A stretch of 64,000 nt of DNA from Podarcis melisellensis (lineage: Eukaryota): assembly GCA_964234715.1 (NCBI GenBank), contig OZ174276.1; one strand, given 5' to 3'. Below the pieces are notes generated by a model, which saw only the letters and a program-made list of their open reading frames with translations, made no database searches and had not been told where the DNA came from. The translations under genes and the position numbers were made by a program. Of this stretch, positions 24,551 to 36,673 are shown piece after piece (the first letter of the stretch is position 1; each line of letters begins with the position of its first letter).

Positions 24551-25370
24551 GTGAGTAAGGTTTCTCGCTGTGATTCACAAGCATGCTCTACTTTGGGGAT
24601 CCTCGCAGGAGTTCCACTTCTTTCCTAAGATAAAATGGGGCCACACGGGGGGGCGGGCACCTGGTTTTCATGTTCTGGCCGCCATGTTGGAGACCATGTG
24701 GAGTCCATAATGCCTATATGGATCAGCCTTCATGGTGTGGAGAGTTGGCTATGCTAGCGCTGTTCGTCTCTGCTAGTGCTGGCCTGTAGATTCTCTCTCT
24801 ACAAAAAAGATGTGCTGAGTTGCTTTTGTCCATTACGGCCCACAGATAATGTTGTACTTCAGCTACCATTGGATTCAGCCAGCATGCCCAATGGTCAGAA
24901 ATGTTGGGAGTTAACAGCAGCTTCCGGAGGGCCACAAGTTTCCCCTATCCCCGCTGCAAGGCTTAAATCTGCCTTTCTTTTCACTAGTTGAGCAGGAACT
25001 GTGTTGGCTCTGACTTCTGCTGTCTTTTGGATATGGAGACAATAAATAAGCGAGTGAGAGGAGGCCTGTTGTGACCTGGTTAACTGTGAACTGGCTTAAA
25101 GTGACTTGACAGTACAGGAAGAAACTGTGCGAAAAGGGCCTCCCCATTAGCTGACAACAACAACAACAACAACAATTATTATTTATACCCTGCCCATCCG
25201 GCTAGGTTTCCCCAGCTACTCTGGGCGGCTCCCAAACGAGTATTAAAAACACAATACAGCATTAAACACAATACAGCATTATGGGGGTTTCATGTGCGTA
25301 GTCTCAGCAGGTTCCGTTGTGGTTCTGCTCTGATATCTAGGCTAATTCTAGTTTTGTTTCCTCTTCCAAG

Positions 25371-25452
25371 TGTGTCCCTCCTGGGCAAGCCCCCTCACAG
25401 TTCCATCATGTCCATGGCAACTGGGAAGAACCTGACCTCCATTCCTAAAAAG
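25371..25452 (+). CDS. TMEM94: TMEM94 exon (VSLLGKPPHSS…SIPKK)
   Basis: ttccaag|, |gtaaga. Confidence 0.95.
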
Positions 25453-26547
25453 GTAAGAAAAGGTTACGATTGGAAAGGCATTCACTAGGGTCCGCGTGTG
25501 GCAATGTCAGAAGGTGTGAAAGTAATGTTCTTACCAGCTGCCGACACATGACACCCCAGTGATTGCAACGCCGCAGATCTTGCTAGCAATTAGCTTAGCT
25601 AAATGTTTAGCATGCTGGAGTCTGGCCTCTACATCAGGGGCCTTCCTGCTGCTCAAGGCAAGAAAGTTGGCTCAGTCTCCTGCTGGCGAATTCTCGCTTC
25701 CGTTGCCGCTAGAGGGAACTGGGGCTAACAGCATAGGGAGAGCCGTGCTGGATCCGGCCAAAGGCTCGCCCTGTCCAGCATCTTGGCAAACAGATGACTT
25801 TGGGAAGCCCACTAGCAGGATCTGAGCTCAACACAGCACTCTGCCCCCCCTGTGATTCCCAGTCCATTGGAATTCAGACACATGCTGCTTCCTCCAACAG
25901 CAGTTCTGGTGTGAGAGAACAGGTCCTGATTTTCAATCTCCCTTGCTCACTCGCACTCTTACTTGCTGTTGAAGTAAGAACAAACCTATTTGGTTCAAGG
26001 CAGAGCCATGTCTCATGCCTGGGTAAGAGATTCCTTCCTCACATCTCCTGAGGTTGGTTATCCCTGTTGCTTTACAGAGAAAAGGTGGGTTTCAAAGGAA
26101 CATGCCTTTGAGAGAAGTGGGCCAGTAGGTGGGAGAAGGGGAGCATAATATGGAGCATACAGGTTCCTCATTGGTTTAATGTTTCTGTTGTGAACCATAG
26201 GCTGAAACAAGATGTTATGGGGTGGGGGAATATTTGGTTGCTACTGAACAAAGTCAGGGAGTCCCTTTTAGAATGATCCATTCCTGGACATTGTTCAGAA
26301 TGGTTTTCTGACGGCTCTGGACAAATTCTCTTCTGGCACTATGTTTGGTTGTCTTGATATACTGGTTCATCTATGAAACTTGGGAGATGACCAGCTTGAT
26401 TGATGCCATCCCTCCCAAGCATCTCCTCCCATCTAGTAGAGACTGTCTTGGCTCTGCCTGGCTCTGCCCACCCTCTTAATTGTTAGCAGGATGTGTGTGT
26501 GCCTGCAAGGCATGCTTGTGTGGCTGTAGTATATTTGTGTGTGTATG

Positions 26548-26902
26548 GTATGCAGGTGGCACTGTGGGTTAAACCACAGAGCCTAGGACTTGCCGATCAG
26601 AAGGTCGGCGGTTTGAATCCCCGCGACGGGGTGAGCTCCCATTGCTTGGTCCCAGCTCCTGCCAACCTAGCAGTTCAAAAGCATGTCAAAGTGCAAGCAG
26701 ATAAATAGGTACCGCTCCAGCGGGAAGGTAAACGGTGTTTCCGTGCATTGCTCTGGTTCGCCAGAAGTGGTTTAGTCATGCTGGCCACATGACCCGGATG
26801 CTGTACGCCGGCTCCCTCGGCCAATAAAGCGAGATGAGCACTGCAACCCCAGAGGCAGTCACGACTGGACCGAATGGTCAGGGGTCCCTTTACCTTTACC
26901 TT
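26548..26902 (+). mobile_element. Sauria SINE
   Basis: GGTGGCACTGTGGGTTAAACC…GATCAGAAGGTCGGCGGTTTGAATCC head; (ACCTTT)n tail; homologous to 57831-58181. Confidence 0.9.
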
Positions 26903-27432
26903 ATGGTGCCCATCAAGGTTACTCAGCTTTCCAAATGTGCCCACAGGTCCCAGAAGTTCAGCAAACCTCAGCTCCAGGTTTCCCTGAATGAAACTAATTA
27001 TTTGGATCCAGTCTTGGGCTGGCCCAAGATGTTTTGACGCTATAGGCAGAATGCCCTGTCCCCCTGCCCACACATCTAGGCCCCCTCTCTTGTCCCTGCT
27101 TCTGCCCCCTCACTGCTGCCAGCCCCATCACCTCAACTGTACCTGTGATTATGTCTGCACTACCACCGTGGCACAGCAGTGGTGGTGAGGGCACAGCGGC
27201 AGCAGTGAAGGCAACAGGGCTGACCCCAGTGGGGTCAGACTCGCCACCTGAAGCAAATGGCTTCACCTCGCCTAATGCAGGGGCCTCTCCTGTTTTACCA
27301 TCCTAGCCCCTAACATACACTGGAAGCATTTCTGATGATTCTTCCTGGATCTCTCAGTAGCAGGAGCCCCTTGCAGGGAGAGGGCCAGGCCAGGCTACCA
27401 TCCTTTGGTGCCTCCACTTGTTCCTGGGAGGT

Positions 27433-27433
<1 letters not shown>

Positions 27434-27493
<60 letters not shown>
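27434..27493. repeat. (AAT)n(ATT)n microsatellite
   Basis: Read directly. Confidence 0.95.
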
Positions 27494-27978
27494 TCTACCC
27501 CACCCATCTGGCTGGGTTTCCCCAGCCACTCTGGGCGGCTTTCAACAGAACATTAAAAACAAAATAAAACTTCTCTAAACAGGGCACCAGTGGTTGGTGC
27601 ACGACTTTTTCTGCCCTGGAGTTGTTGGGTTTCTTTTTAATGATGATGATGATTCATCTCCCGACTTCCTCTTTCTCTTGTCATATACCCGTATTCCACA
27701 TTTGGTTATATTTATAATGCAACAGTCCCTGTAGTCCTGCAAAATGGTAGAAGTTCCTTGGGAGGGAGGTGGGTTGAAGAGTTGCGCCAACAGCAGCCAC
27801 ACATCCCAGTGACCATCTAGTTTGGGCCTGAGGAGCAGCCCTGGAGGAGGGTGCTCACCCAATCCTCTTCCGCAAGACTGCAGCTGGTAAGCCCGAGGCT
27901 TGGGCGGGAGCCGTGGCACCCAAGGCCTGGCCTCCCATTCTTGTAAGTCACTCCGGCCTTCCCGTCAATGTCTTGCAG

Positions 27979-28139
27979 ACCCAGCAATACTTCCTCTTCT
28001 GCTTCCTGCTGAAATTCAGCCTCACCATCTGCACCTGCTTGGTTTGCTTTGGCTACATGCTGCAGGATTACTGTGCGAACTTCAACTCCTCCGCCTTCAA
28101 TGTGAATGTCACGGGCTGCTCCTCCATCATGCTGCACAG
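27979..28139 (+). CDS. TMEM94: TMEM94 exon (TQQYFLFCFLLKF…SIMLH-S)
   Basis: ttgcag|, |gttagc. Confidence 0.93.
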
Positions 28140-28528
28140 GTTAGCGGGGGCCCGGGGTCCAGCTATCCACTGAAGTTCCCAAATGCAGTGGTGTCCACCC
28201 AGAGGAAGTGTGTGTTGGGATGGTTTTAGCACAGCTTCTTTTAAGGTTTCGTTTGTGGGTGGCACAGTTTGGATTATGTAGACTATGTTGTTTATAGAAT
28301 CATAGAGTTGGAAGGGTCATCTATTCCATCCCCCTGCAATGCAGGAATCTCAACTAAAGCATTAATGACAGATTGTTGTTTCTAGTAGCTTTTCCAAAGA
28401 TGGGTCTAGAAGAGTGGAAAGTAATGGAATATAGGCTTATGATACGTTGCCCCTACTCTCAGGTTTCCCTACACTGATAAGGACTAGAAACTTAGTTTCT
28501 TTTTTAAAAAAACCTAAGGCTATGTTTT

Positions 28529-28538
28529 ACACACACGC

Positions 28539-28570
<32 letters not shown>
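28529..28570. repeat. (CA)n microsatellite
   Basis: Read directly. Confidence 0.95.
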
Positions 28571-29036
28571 TTTCTTTATAAATAAATTCAAGAAGGGTAA
28601 CAAAGAAATTAAACAAAGCAATATAAAGTAATTAAAATGGCAAAGCCGAAAAGAAAACAGCAATGGAAGTATTAAGAAGTCTTAAAACACCAACTCTGTG
28701 TTTTATTAATCACCCCATAAATCACCACCTCAAGGTGATTTAAAAACAGTTTAAAATGCAAAGGCAACAAATACAGCTGGGGAAAGCCTGTGTAGTGGGG
28801 GAACAATTCGGTGGTAACAATTCAACAACGATTTAAGATAACTCCAGATAGCTTTTGAAAGGCCACTTTTGGCTTGGGAATCCAGTGGAAGAGGTTGCAT
28901 TGTGTGACTAACAGAGCCCGCGGGATTTCAGGACTAGCTCACGAGTCCTTCTGAAATCCAGTTTTTTCAAATGGAGTTCGCTGATGCCTTGAACCGTGAT
29001 CCGCCTCACGTGATGCCCCTATGTTTGCTTTTTCAG

Positions 29037-29131
29037 TAGTGCAGAAAGCTCCCCCGATTGGTTTGGGAAATTTTCCAGCATCCTTCTCCTGGCCCAGAAG
29101 TTCACTGCTGGGATGATTGTCTTACATACTG
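29037..29131 (+). CDS. TMEM94: TMEM94 exon (SAESSPDWFG…IVLHT-V)
   Basis: CAGTAG tandem acceptor, |gtaaga. Confidence 0.92.
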
Positions 29132-29594
29132 GTAAGAGATTTCCATTCCTCCTTGCTTGCTGTACTGAAGGGGTGTGTGTGCTTGCAGCTTGCCATGGGA
29201 TTGGGAGCTTTATTGATGTCCCAGCTGAAGGCAGATGTAAAACCAAACATCTTGGACTCTCTGGCCAGTTTGAGCAATTGGCTTAGTCTTCCCCAACCCT
29301 TGGCTGTTTAACTGCATAAAAACAGGCAGGCAGATTTCAGAAGGGGCGCTAGATAATTGTGTGGAGAGCGTGTGGAGTCAGGGGCTGCCAGTCAATGGTG
29401 GACTATCCTGGGTTTTGGAAACATCACTGGGCTGCTTTCTTCTTCTTCTTTTGCTGAAAGCCCAGCAAGGTTACCTTGTGATTGCTTTGGATGATGAGCT
29501 TCAAAAACCACCACACTCTCAGGGATTTGTGCCCTCTGTAGCTGTGGCAAGTCCACACATTATAAAAAACCAACCTGTTGGTATTTCTTCACAG

Positions 29595-29688
29595 TGTTTA
29601 TCTCTGTCACCCACGTCCATCGTACCAAACCACTGTGGAAGAAAAGCCCCTTCACTAACTTCTGGTGGACTCTGACAGTTGTCATTGT
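29595..29688 (+). CDS. TMEM94: TMEM94 exon (FISVTHVHRTKPLW…TVVI-V)
   Basis: tcacag|, |gtgagt. Confidence 0.95.
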
Positions 29689-30184
29689 GTGAGTATCCTT
29701 TTCTGATTCATCTAAGTGACTTTCTTTCCCCCTGTCTATTATCTCAAATTATTCCATCTTCTGCTGTCTACTCTTCTCTTGAAGCATCAGTCTTTTTTCT
29801 TCTTCTGTGTGCATTTCTGCAGTGCTATGTCTTTCTGGCTCTTGACATCAAATTCTTCCCATAGCCTCGGATATCATCACGTCCCTCTCTCTGGCTTGGC
29901 TGTTATGCCATGAGACTGTCATCACCCCACTCCAAACTTCTAAAATGTTCATCCAGGAAAAGCGACCTCTTTTGGAGATGCTGCCCACTTGGGTATGCCT
30001 GTCCCCATGATGCTGTGTTTTCTGTGGAGGCTGTTCACTACCTTAGGAGATCCTTTCCCCATTGGCAGGTTGTACTCTGGTTGCTGGTGGAAGAGGATGC
30101 AGAGTGGAGGAGAGAGCCCTGGGACAGAAGGCTGGACGTGCCCCTTCTATGTTTTTCCAAGTCTTGCTTTGTTTTTAATGGCAG

Positions 30185-30355
30185 GCTGCTGGGCCAAGTC
30201 ATCCAGACCCTCCTGGACTTGAAGCTCTGGGTGAACCACGAGTCTCCAGTGACCTACAAAATGGATGACATTCCCATGGCCTCCTGGCTGTTGGGTTTGC
30301 TCTCTCTTATCCTTGTTGTGATCATCAATGAGACTGTCAAACTCCATGAAATCAG
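30185..30355 (+). CDS. TMEM94: TMEM94 exon (LLGQVIQT…KLHEI-R)
   Basis: ggcag|, |gtaagg. Confidence 0.95.
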
Positions 30356-31975
30356 GTAAGGGAGCCTCGCCATGAGCTCTTGCTTAGCACTCTCCATAAG
30401 AAGCTCCCAAAGTTCTCCTAGCGCTTTGCATGACATGGTCTTGATAATCCTTGCAACAACTTTGTAAGGCTGGCCTGCCAGCCCATATTATCTCCATATT
30501 ACAGATGGAGCGTAGTGGGCTGAAGAGAAGGGAGAGGCATGGCTAAGGCCAGCTAGCAAGTTCATGGCCAAGGTTAGATATGAACCAGAACTGCCCAGCT
30601 GACAAATATCTCAAGTGCCCTATGCTGTACCAGCTGTTGGGTGCTTTTAGGCCATTGTGGCATTTTGAAGTTGATGTGAGAACCACTCCTGCTCCCCAAG
30701 AAGGAATGATACGCAAGAGAACCCCATACTTGCATCTCCTCCAAGGTGCTATCTATGATCGCACCACACCTGCAGGGTAATAATAGGCCAGTGAAAGATG
30801 CATGCAGCCATGCTGCTTGCTGTGTGAGTGGGTCATGCTGAAGCATCTCTTAGCTACATCCTCTAGGTTGGAAGACTGCCGCTACGGACAAGACAGACCT
30901 TGCTGGGTCAAATCACAAGGTCACCCTAGTCCAGCAATGCCATTTTCAACACAGCGAACCAAGTGACTCTGCAAACCCACAATCAAGGTGTGGGGAAACG
31001 TCGCTCTGTGGGTTTGCTGCCCTCCCTTTCTCCATTTATTTTAATATCTAAAGGCCCTTCACCTTCAGGGCCCCTCTGCCAATGGGAGCTGAGCAAGTCA
31101 TAGATGACATCCTTTTCCACAGCTGAGTTAACTGTTCCTGTGCTGTGCAGCAAACTTCCTGGTATCTCAATTAGGGTTCCTGGAAGGATAAAATCGCTAC
31201 CTGATATCTCTCTGACCCGTTCCCTTGAGATGCTGTTGTCTTGGCAACAAGGAAATACGCATTGAACTGCCTGTTTTTCTGGCTGCCTCCCAAAATGGTT
31301 TTGGGGCACTATAAAATGTCAGTAGCTGGGTCAAGCAAGGGCGGGATACTCACAGTAGCCATCCCCTCTGGTTTGTCTTTAGCATTTGCCCGTGGGAGAT
31401 TCCCTCTGATCACAGAGGCGCTGTTCTTAACCGTTGTAGGCAATGGCTGCATGCTGCCCCACTGCTCTCCTTGGAAGCATGAGAGTCTTTTAATTAGCAG
31501 GATATTTATTTGAGGGGGAGGAGAGAGAGAGAGCTGTTTTACAGCTGTCATCACATCGGCACCCAAACTGGGTAAAAAAAGCATTCTGCAACCTGACTTA
31601 CCTGATTAAAATCTTACAAAGAAAGAAGCAGGTTGGTTCATTTTGTAGATCTCTTGTTTCCTGTGCTGTGTTGCAAATGAGGCTGGCAGCTAGAAGAAAC
31701 ATTTTTTAAAATGAAGGTGGGAAGGAGAGAACAGGCCTAAGTTTCTTATTCTGCAGCCATAAGTATCTCCTCCCTCCATAAATGCTTTGGCTGCAGCCCC
31801 ATTGAGATTGAGCCCCTTTGAAATTGGTGGGATCTACTCCTAAGTTAAAAGTATGTGTAGTTGCATTGCAGGAGGTTGAGCTAGATGACTCTTGTGGTCC
31901 CAACTCTAAAATTCTTTGATTCCATGATTCATTCATTCATTCATTCCTTCTCTCTCTCTCTCTCTCTTTTCCCAG

Positions 31976-32048
31976 GGTTCGAGTACGTTACCAGAAGAGG
32001 CAGAAGCTGCAGTTTGAAACCAAGCTGGGCATGAATTCCCCATTTTAA
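31976..32048 (+). CDS. TMEM94: TMEM94 terminal coding exon (VRVRYQKRQKLQFETKLGMNSPF*)
   Basis: cccag| acceptor; TAA at 32046-32048. Confidence 0.97.
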
Positions 32049-35007
32049 TCCCCACAAGTAGGACGGGCCCTGGAAGGCCTGGGGGCTGCATGTTCCCTTC
32101 TCACACAACCTTGCCACCTTGCTGAGAGAGGAAAGGAAAAAAGCACCCAGCCTCATGTGTGAATCCCTCTGGTCAGTGTGGATCAGAAGAGGCCAACCCC
32201 TAAGAGCAGGGAGAGCTACATCCTGAGCGCTGGTGAAGATTCAGTGCCTGGCATGAAAGCGTTGGTGGGACATGGACTGCTGCTATTCCTTCTTTAAAAT
32301 TTATTTTTTACACCTCCTTCCCTTGGAGCTCCTTGGGATCCAACAGATTGACACTTTGGATCGAAGAGCAAGGAATTCTCATTTGACACCCCCCCCCCAC
32401 CGCTGTTCATAATTTGACTAGGTTATTTCTCTTTGTCCTTCTTGGTCCACCCTTGACTTCCCTGTCAATCTCATCTGTTCATTTGTTGCGATGCTGTTTG
32501 CCCCAGGGCATTCTGGGTATAAGCGCTGCACCCACCCAGGAGGGAATAGGAGCAGCTGGCCTGCTAACTGGCCCTGCAGAAGTACCCCCCCACACACCCC
32601 AGCTGCAGTCCCTGTGACCCACAGAACAGCCCTTCGCCTGGAGGCTGCCCTCTTGGGGAAGATGAAGCAGAGGGGCAGGATGCCAGGGAGGTTTGCTGCT
32701 ATGAGTACAAAGGCAGCCCTTCTCCAGTTAAATACCTCTGGGATGTAAAGTATGTAATAACAGAGTTCATAGGACAGACCCTTCGCCGCCGTCATGAGAG
32801 CATCCTTTTAGGGATGGGATATTGTGGATATACCTAAACCCTGGCCACGTTCCATAAGGAGGCTGTCTTTTAGCGCTTAATACTGAAAGGGCTGGGTTTG
32901 TGTGTTTTTCTTGTACACCCACTCACTGTTTGATAAACCTTGTGAGTGACTGAGGTCTGAGAGGTCATGTGGTTTTCTGTGCTTGTACGGGCATGGAAGA
33001 CAAAGGCATGTGGGCCAGATCTGAGTCTGGATTGATGGATTGCTTGATCTTTCACTTTTTCTTCATTGAAAGAGTGCTGCGTCTACAAATCCCCTCTTGG
33101 CTGCTTTGAATGGAGGATGGCAGATGAGGCTGGGCATAGTTCCTCTCTCATATCCATGGGCTAGACGGGATCTTGGTTGCATTTTGTGCTTGCCCCACTG
33201 TTTAAGTTGGAGACATATAGCATACTATCCCATGGTCTGTTTCCCTAAATATAGGGAATTAAGTCTGGGTGGATTCACCATGCAGTGCTGGGAATCTGCA
33301 TCGTCTTCAATCCACCCTCTCTCTTGCCTGCCAATTTTAGCCGTGGTGGATAAACTCAGGCTGTTGCTTTTGGCGGGAAGAAATCAGAACTACCTCTGTT
33401 GGCCAACCTCCTCTATTTATGGACAACACCAGGGACAGCTGCCTTCTCTGCAAGACCAATCACTTAGATAAACAGGGCATGTGTTGTTTGGGAGTAGGTA
33501 TTTTGGGCTACTGTGGACGGGCTGTTCAGTATTCAGGGCTCCATGGAGGACCTGCTCTACCTGGAAGGGTTTTGGCCAAGGCAATCCAATTAACCTCGTC
33601 CTAGAGTTGTTTAAAAGCACTGACCCACCCTAGCATGGTAGTTAGAAAACTTGCCAAGCCTTCTTAAGGAAACAAGAGCAAATTTGGCGGGAGGGATACT
33701 TTTATCCTTCCACAGCAGACAAAATGACATTTTACTTTGTTAGATTAGAAAAGAAAAAAATCATAGGTTTAGGCCTGGCTGGAGGTAGTGGTGATGGAAG
33801 GAGAAAAGTGATACCTGGAGGATTTTAAGAAGCATGTAGTACAGCCTTCCCCAACCTGGTGCCCTCCAGATGTTTTGGGTGACAACTCCCATTAGCTGCA
33901 GACAATTTGGCCATGCTGGCTTGGGCTGGTAGAAGACACATTCCAAAACAGCTGGAGGGCATCAAACGGGAAAAGGTCGGTGTGGTTAAGGTCAGAGGAT
34001 GTTCCTTTAAGCTCCCCTGCACATGGCAAAGTTCTCAAAAGCTGTGGCATGTATGCTGACTCCAGCTGGCTGTGACTGGGAAATCGGCCAATATCCTATG
34101 TTTATATTTTAAAAAGAGGCTATTGTTTAGAAACTGTTAAAAACACGTTCTCCCTCCCATTTTCATCATTGCTGTTCCCACGTAGCTCAAGGTTTGCTGC
34201 CTTCTCACTTGGTGTGATGGTGTATTGTACTGCTCCCCAAGGGCAAAGAGCTTTGGGGAATGGGCTGTGTTTCACCTTGGTACTAACCAGCAACAGTCCT
34301 CTCCTAGTGTTAGAATTGGAACTGGCTTCAGTGGGTCAGGATATGCACCCCTAGCTTGAGGCCAGCGGTGCTTGGCATGTGCCAGTTTTGGGTCTCTGGT
34401 CCAGGCTAAGTTGTGGGTGGTTTGTGCAGATTTTGTATTTGGAAACTGGACTGATTTGCTTTGGGTGAGGGACACGGGTAGCTGCTGCCTTCATCCTCCC
34501 CTCGTTCTGAACCAGTTGGGAGTCCTCGATGCCTAAAAGCTGTTTGCCGCAATATTTTTTCCTTAAGTGATTTTAAAGCTTTACACCTGATAAACTGTCT
34601 TGGGCAGTTTCCCTGCTAGACAAGGCACTTTCTGTAGACTTTTGTCTGTGGTGGTTGATCACGCTGAAAAAGATTCCCCTCCCTGCACTTCATGCACTCT
34701 TCCCCCTCCTCAATTGTACTCCACTGGAGTCAGATAATGAGCCTTTTCAATGGCTTTCTCTTGAAAGTCCCTGTTGCCTTGCTGCCTCCCCCTCACCCCC
34801 GGCCACCGCCCTCTTCCTCCTCGTCCAGCCAAGGCTTCAGAAAGGTGTGAGGCTTTAGGAAGGAGTTTCACCCATCCAACTGTTTTTAAATGGTGTATAT
34901 TTTATATTTAAACTTTTCTGGGGATGTATGTAAAAAAATAATAATAGATTTGTATGAAAACTTGTAAATTGTACAAAAAGGAACAAAGAGCACCTGATAT
35001 GAATGGC

Positions 35008-35013
35008 AATAAA
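35008..35013 (+). terminator. Probable TMEM94 poly(A) signal (3' UTR about 3 kb)
   Basis: AATAAA after an AU-rich stretch with several TGTA motifs (34885-34980), followed by U/GU-rich sequence. Confidence 0.6.
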
Positions 35014-36353
35014 TGATTGTCTTTGATACAGTAAATTTCTGAGAGGATTGGCATTTGTGCTTTGTAATGTATGCTATCTCAGGAATCCTTATAACAGTCT
35101 TGTAAAGTAGACCAGAATTCATACAGATTGATGGGCAGGGGGCAGCTTGTCCACCTATTGACTTCATCACTGTGGTGAGATTTGAATCAGATACTACTTG
35201 GCTTATCTCTTCCACACTGGCTGTAATCCAATGCAAACTTAGCTGGCAGTAACTCCTATTGAACTCAGTGGGGCCTACTTCTGGGCAGACATGTATAGGT
35301 TTGCGCTGCCAACTGCTAAGCTATTGCTATCTCTATCTCCATGATTTTGTGACTGTGCTGGAAAATATCGGCCAACTGGTTTGAGTTCGTGTGACATCTT
35401 TGTTCTTCGGTAAAATCAGTCCAAGCCCCCAGCGTTTTCTTGATCAAATACTGCTTCCTCCTTCTAGCTGACAAGAAGTTACATGCTGAGATGGAGAGAT
35501 AGACGAGGCAAAATGGGTTTGAGCAATCAATATGCTTTGCTAATGGAAGCGATGGAGGTTCTAGTACTGTGTCTAATATTACTTATGTCTTTGCCAGCCG
35601 CAGACATTGGTCTGGTTCGCACATTAAACCATAGCTAAGAGCAAACAAAGCTTTAACGTGAGCATGCGGTGTGCTGCTGCAAAGGTTATGAGAGTGTTCC
35701 TGTTGTGCAGTGGACATCCAAACCAGGGTTGTGGTTTGTTTCTCTACCCAAGCAAAGTATGAACAGTAATCAGGGTTTGTTCCTGGCTTGCTGCTCATAG
35801 TTTGGTTGGGAAAACAAACCATGAGCTCAGGTTCAGAGAATCACAACAAGCCACGCTTTGGCTTGTTTCATCTGCCGTGCCGCAGGAACAGAGTGAGACC
35901 TTTGCAGTGTGCAGTAGCAAATTGCACATTCACATTAAACCTTCATTTATTAATCTTAATTTGTTTTGTACGATATGCAGGCTGGACCTGTTATGGCTGA
36001 TTCTTACTTTAAGCATTGTGTACATACATCTTAGCTGATATGAAGGGTACTTTTATCTATCTTTAAAATACCGGAAAGTAGGTGCCCAGTTTTTTCCTTA
36101 TGGCTCCTTTTGAATATTTGAAGCGGCACACATCAAGTTTTGCACACTTAAGGCATGCTCATATTTTTGAACTTAGGTAGCCATACTGGAGTACAAAATA
36201 TTCATTGAGTATTGATATTTAGTGGTGTCCGAAATGACTTCTTTTTCCTGAGGATGTGACAGCTCTACTTGATACACAATGCATCTGACTGATTGAAAAG
36301 AGGAGACTCAGCAAGCCAAGTACATCTGTCAAAAGGGAAAACGATTCCCAGTG

Positions 36354-36359
36354 TTTAAT
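36354..36359 (-). terminator. Candidate CASKIN2 poly(A) signal ATTAAA (alternative: AATAAA at 35946-35951)
   Basis: Hexamer at the end of an AU-rich UTR-like tract; not confirmed by transcript data. Confidence 0.35.
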
Positions 36360-36657
36360 ACCATAAAGTTGCTGTTTATGTTAGTTTTAAACAAGAATTC
36401 ATGATTAACACAAACAGACTAGATGATTTAAAAACTGCCTGGCTGGTGTTTTGCCTGGACTAATTTTCCTAGGCCACTTCCTGCTACATAGAGCAGGTGG
36501 GGCCAAGGCTGGTTAGACACAACTGCATCCATACATAATTTACACAGCATACAATATATTTAAAATAAAGAACTAGCTCTTAAAAAATAAGCATTTTGGA
36601 CAAAAAGGGAAGGGGGAATGAATTTTTCTCATTAGTGATCACAAAGAACAGCATTTT

Positions 36658-36673
36658 ACTGCCCCCTAGTGGC
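36658..36673 (-). promoter_or_regulatory. CTCF consensus motif
   Basis: Minus strand reads GCCACTAGGGGGCAGT. Confidence 0.65.

Larger units (their letters stand above)
1..32048 (+). other. TMEM94: TMEM94 gene body (5'-truncated by window), 28 coding exons; P-type-ATPase-like ER membrane protein
   Basis: Spliced translation matches TMEM94 as I recall it (MYPDLHMPFAPSWSLHW, VLCCVDKQGILSWPNP, AKLPRGIHQVRPHLQNIDNVPLLV, QFETKLGMNSPF*). All junctions are GT-AG with continuous phase. Confidence 0.97.

Noticed and set aside
29693-29701. U12-type donor consensus GTATCCTTT 4 nt downstream of the U2 donor
   Set aside because: Its use would include an in-frame TGA, and no TTCCTTAAC branch site precedes acceptor 30185.
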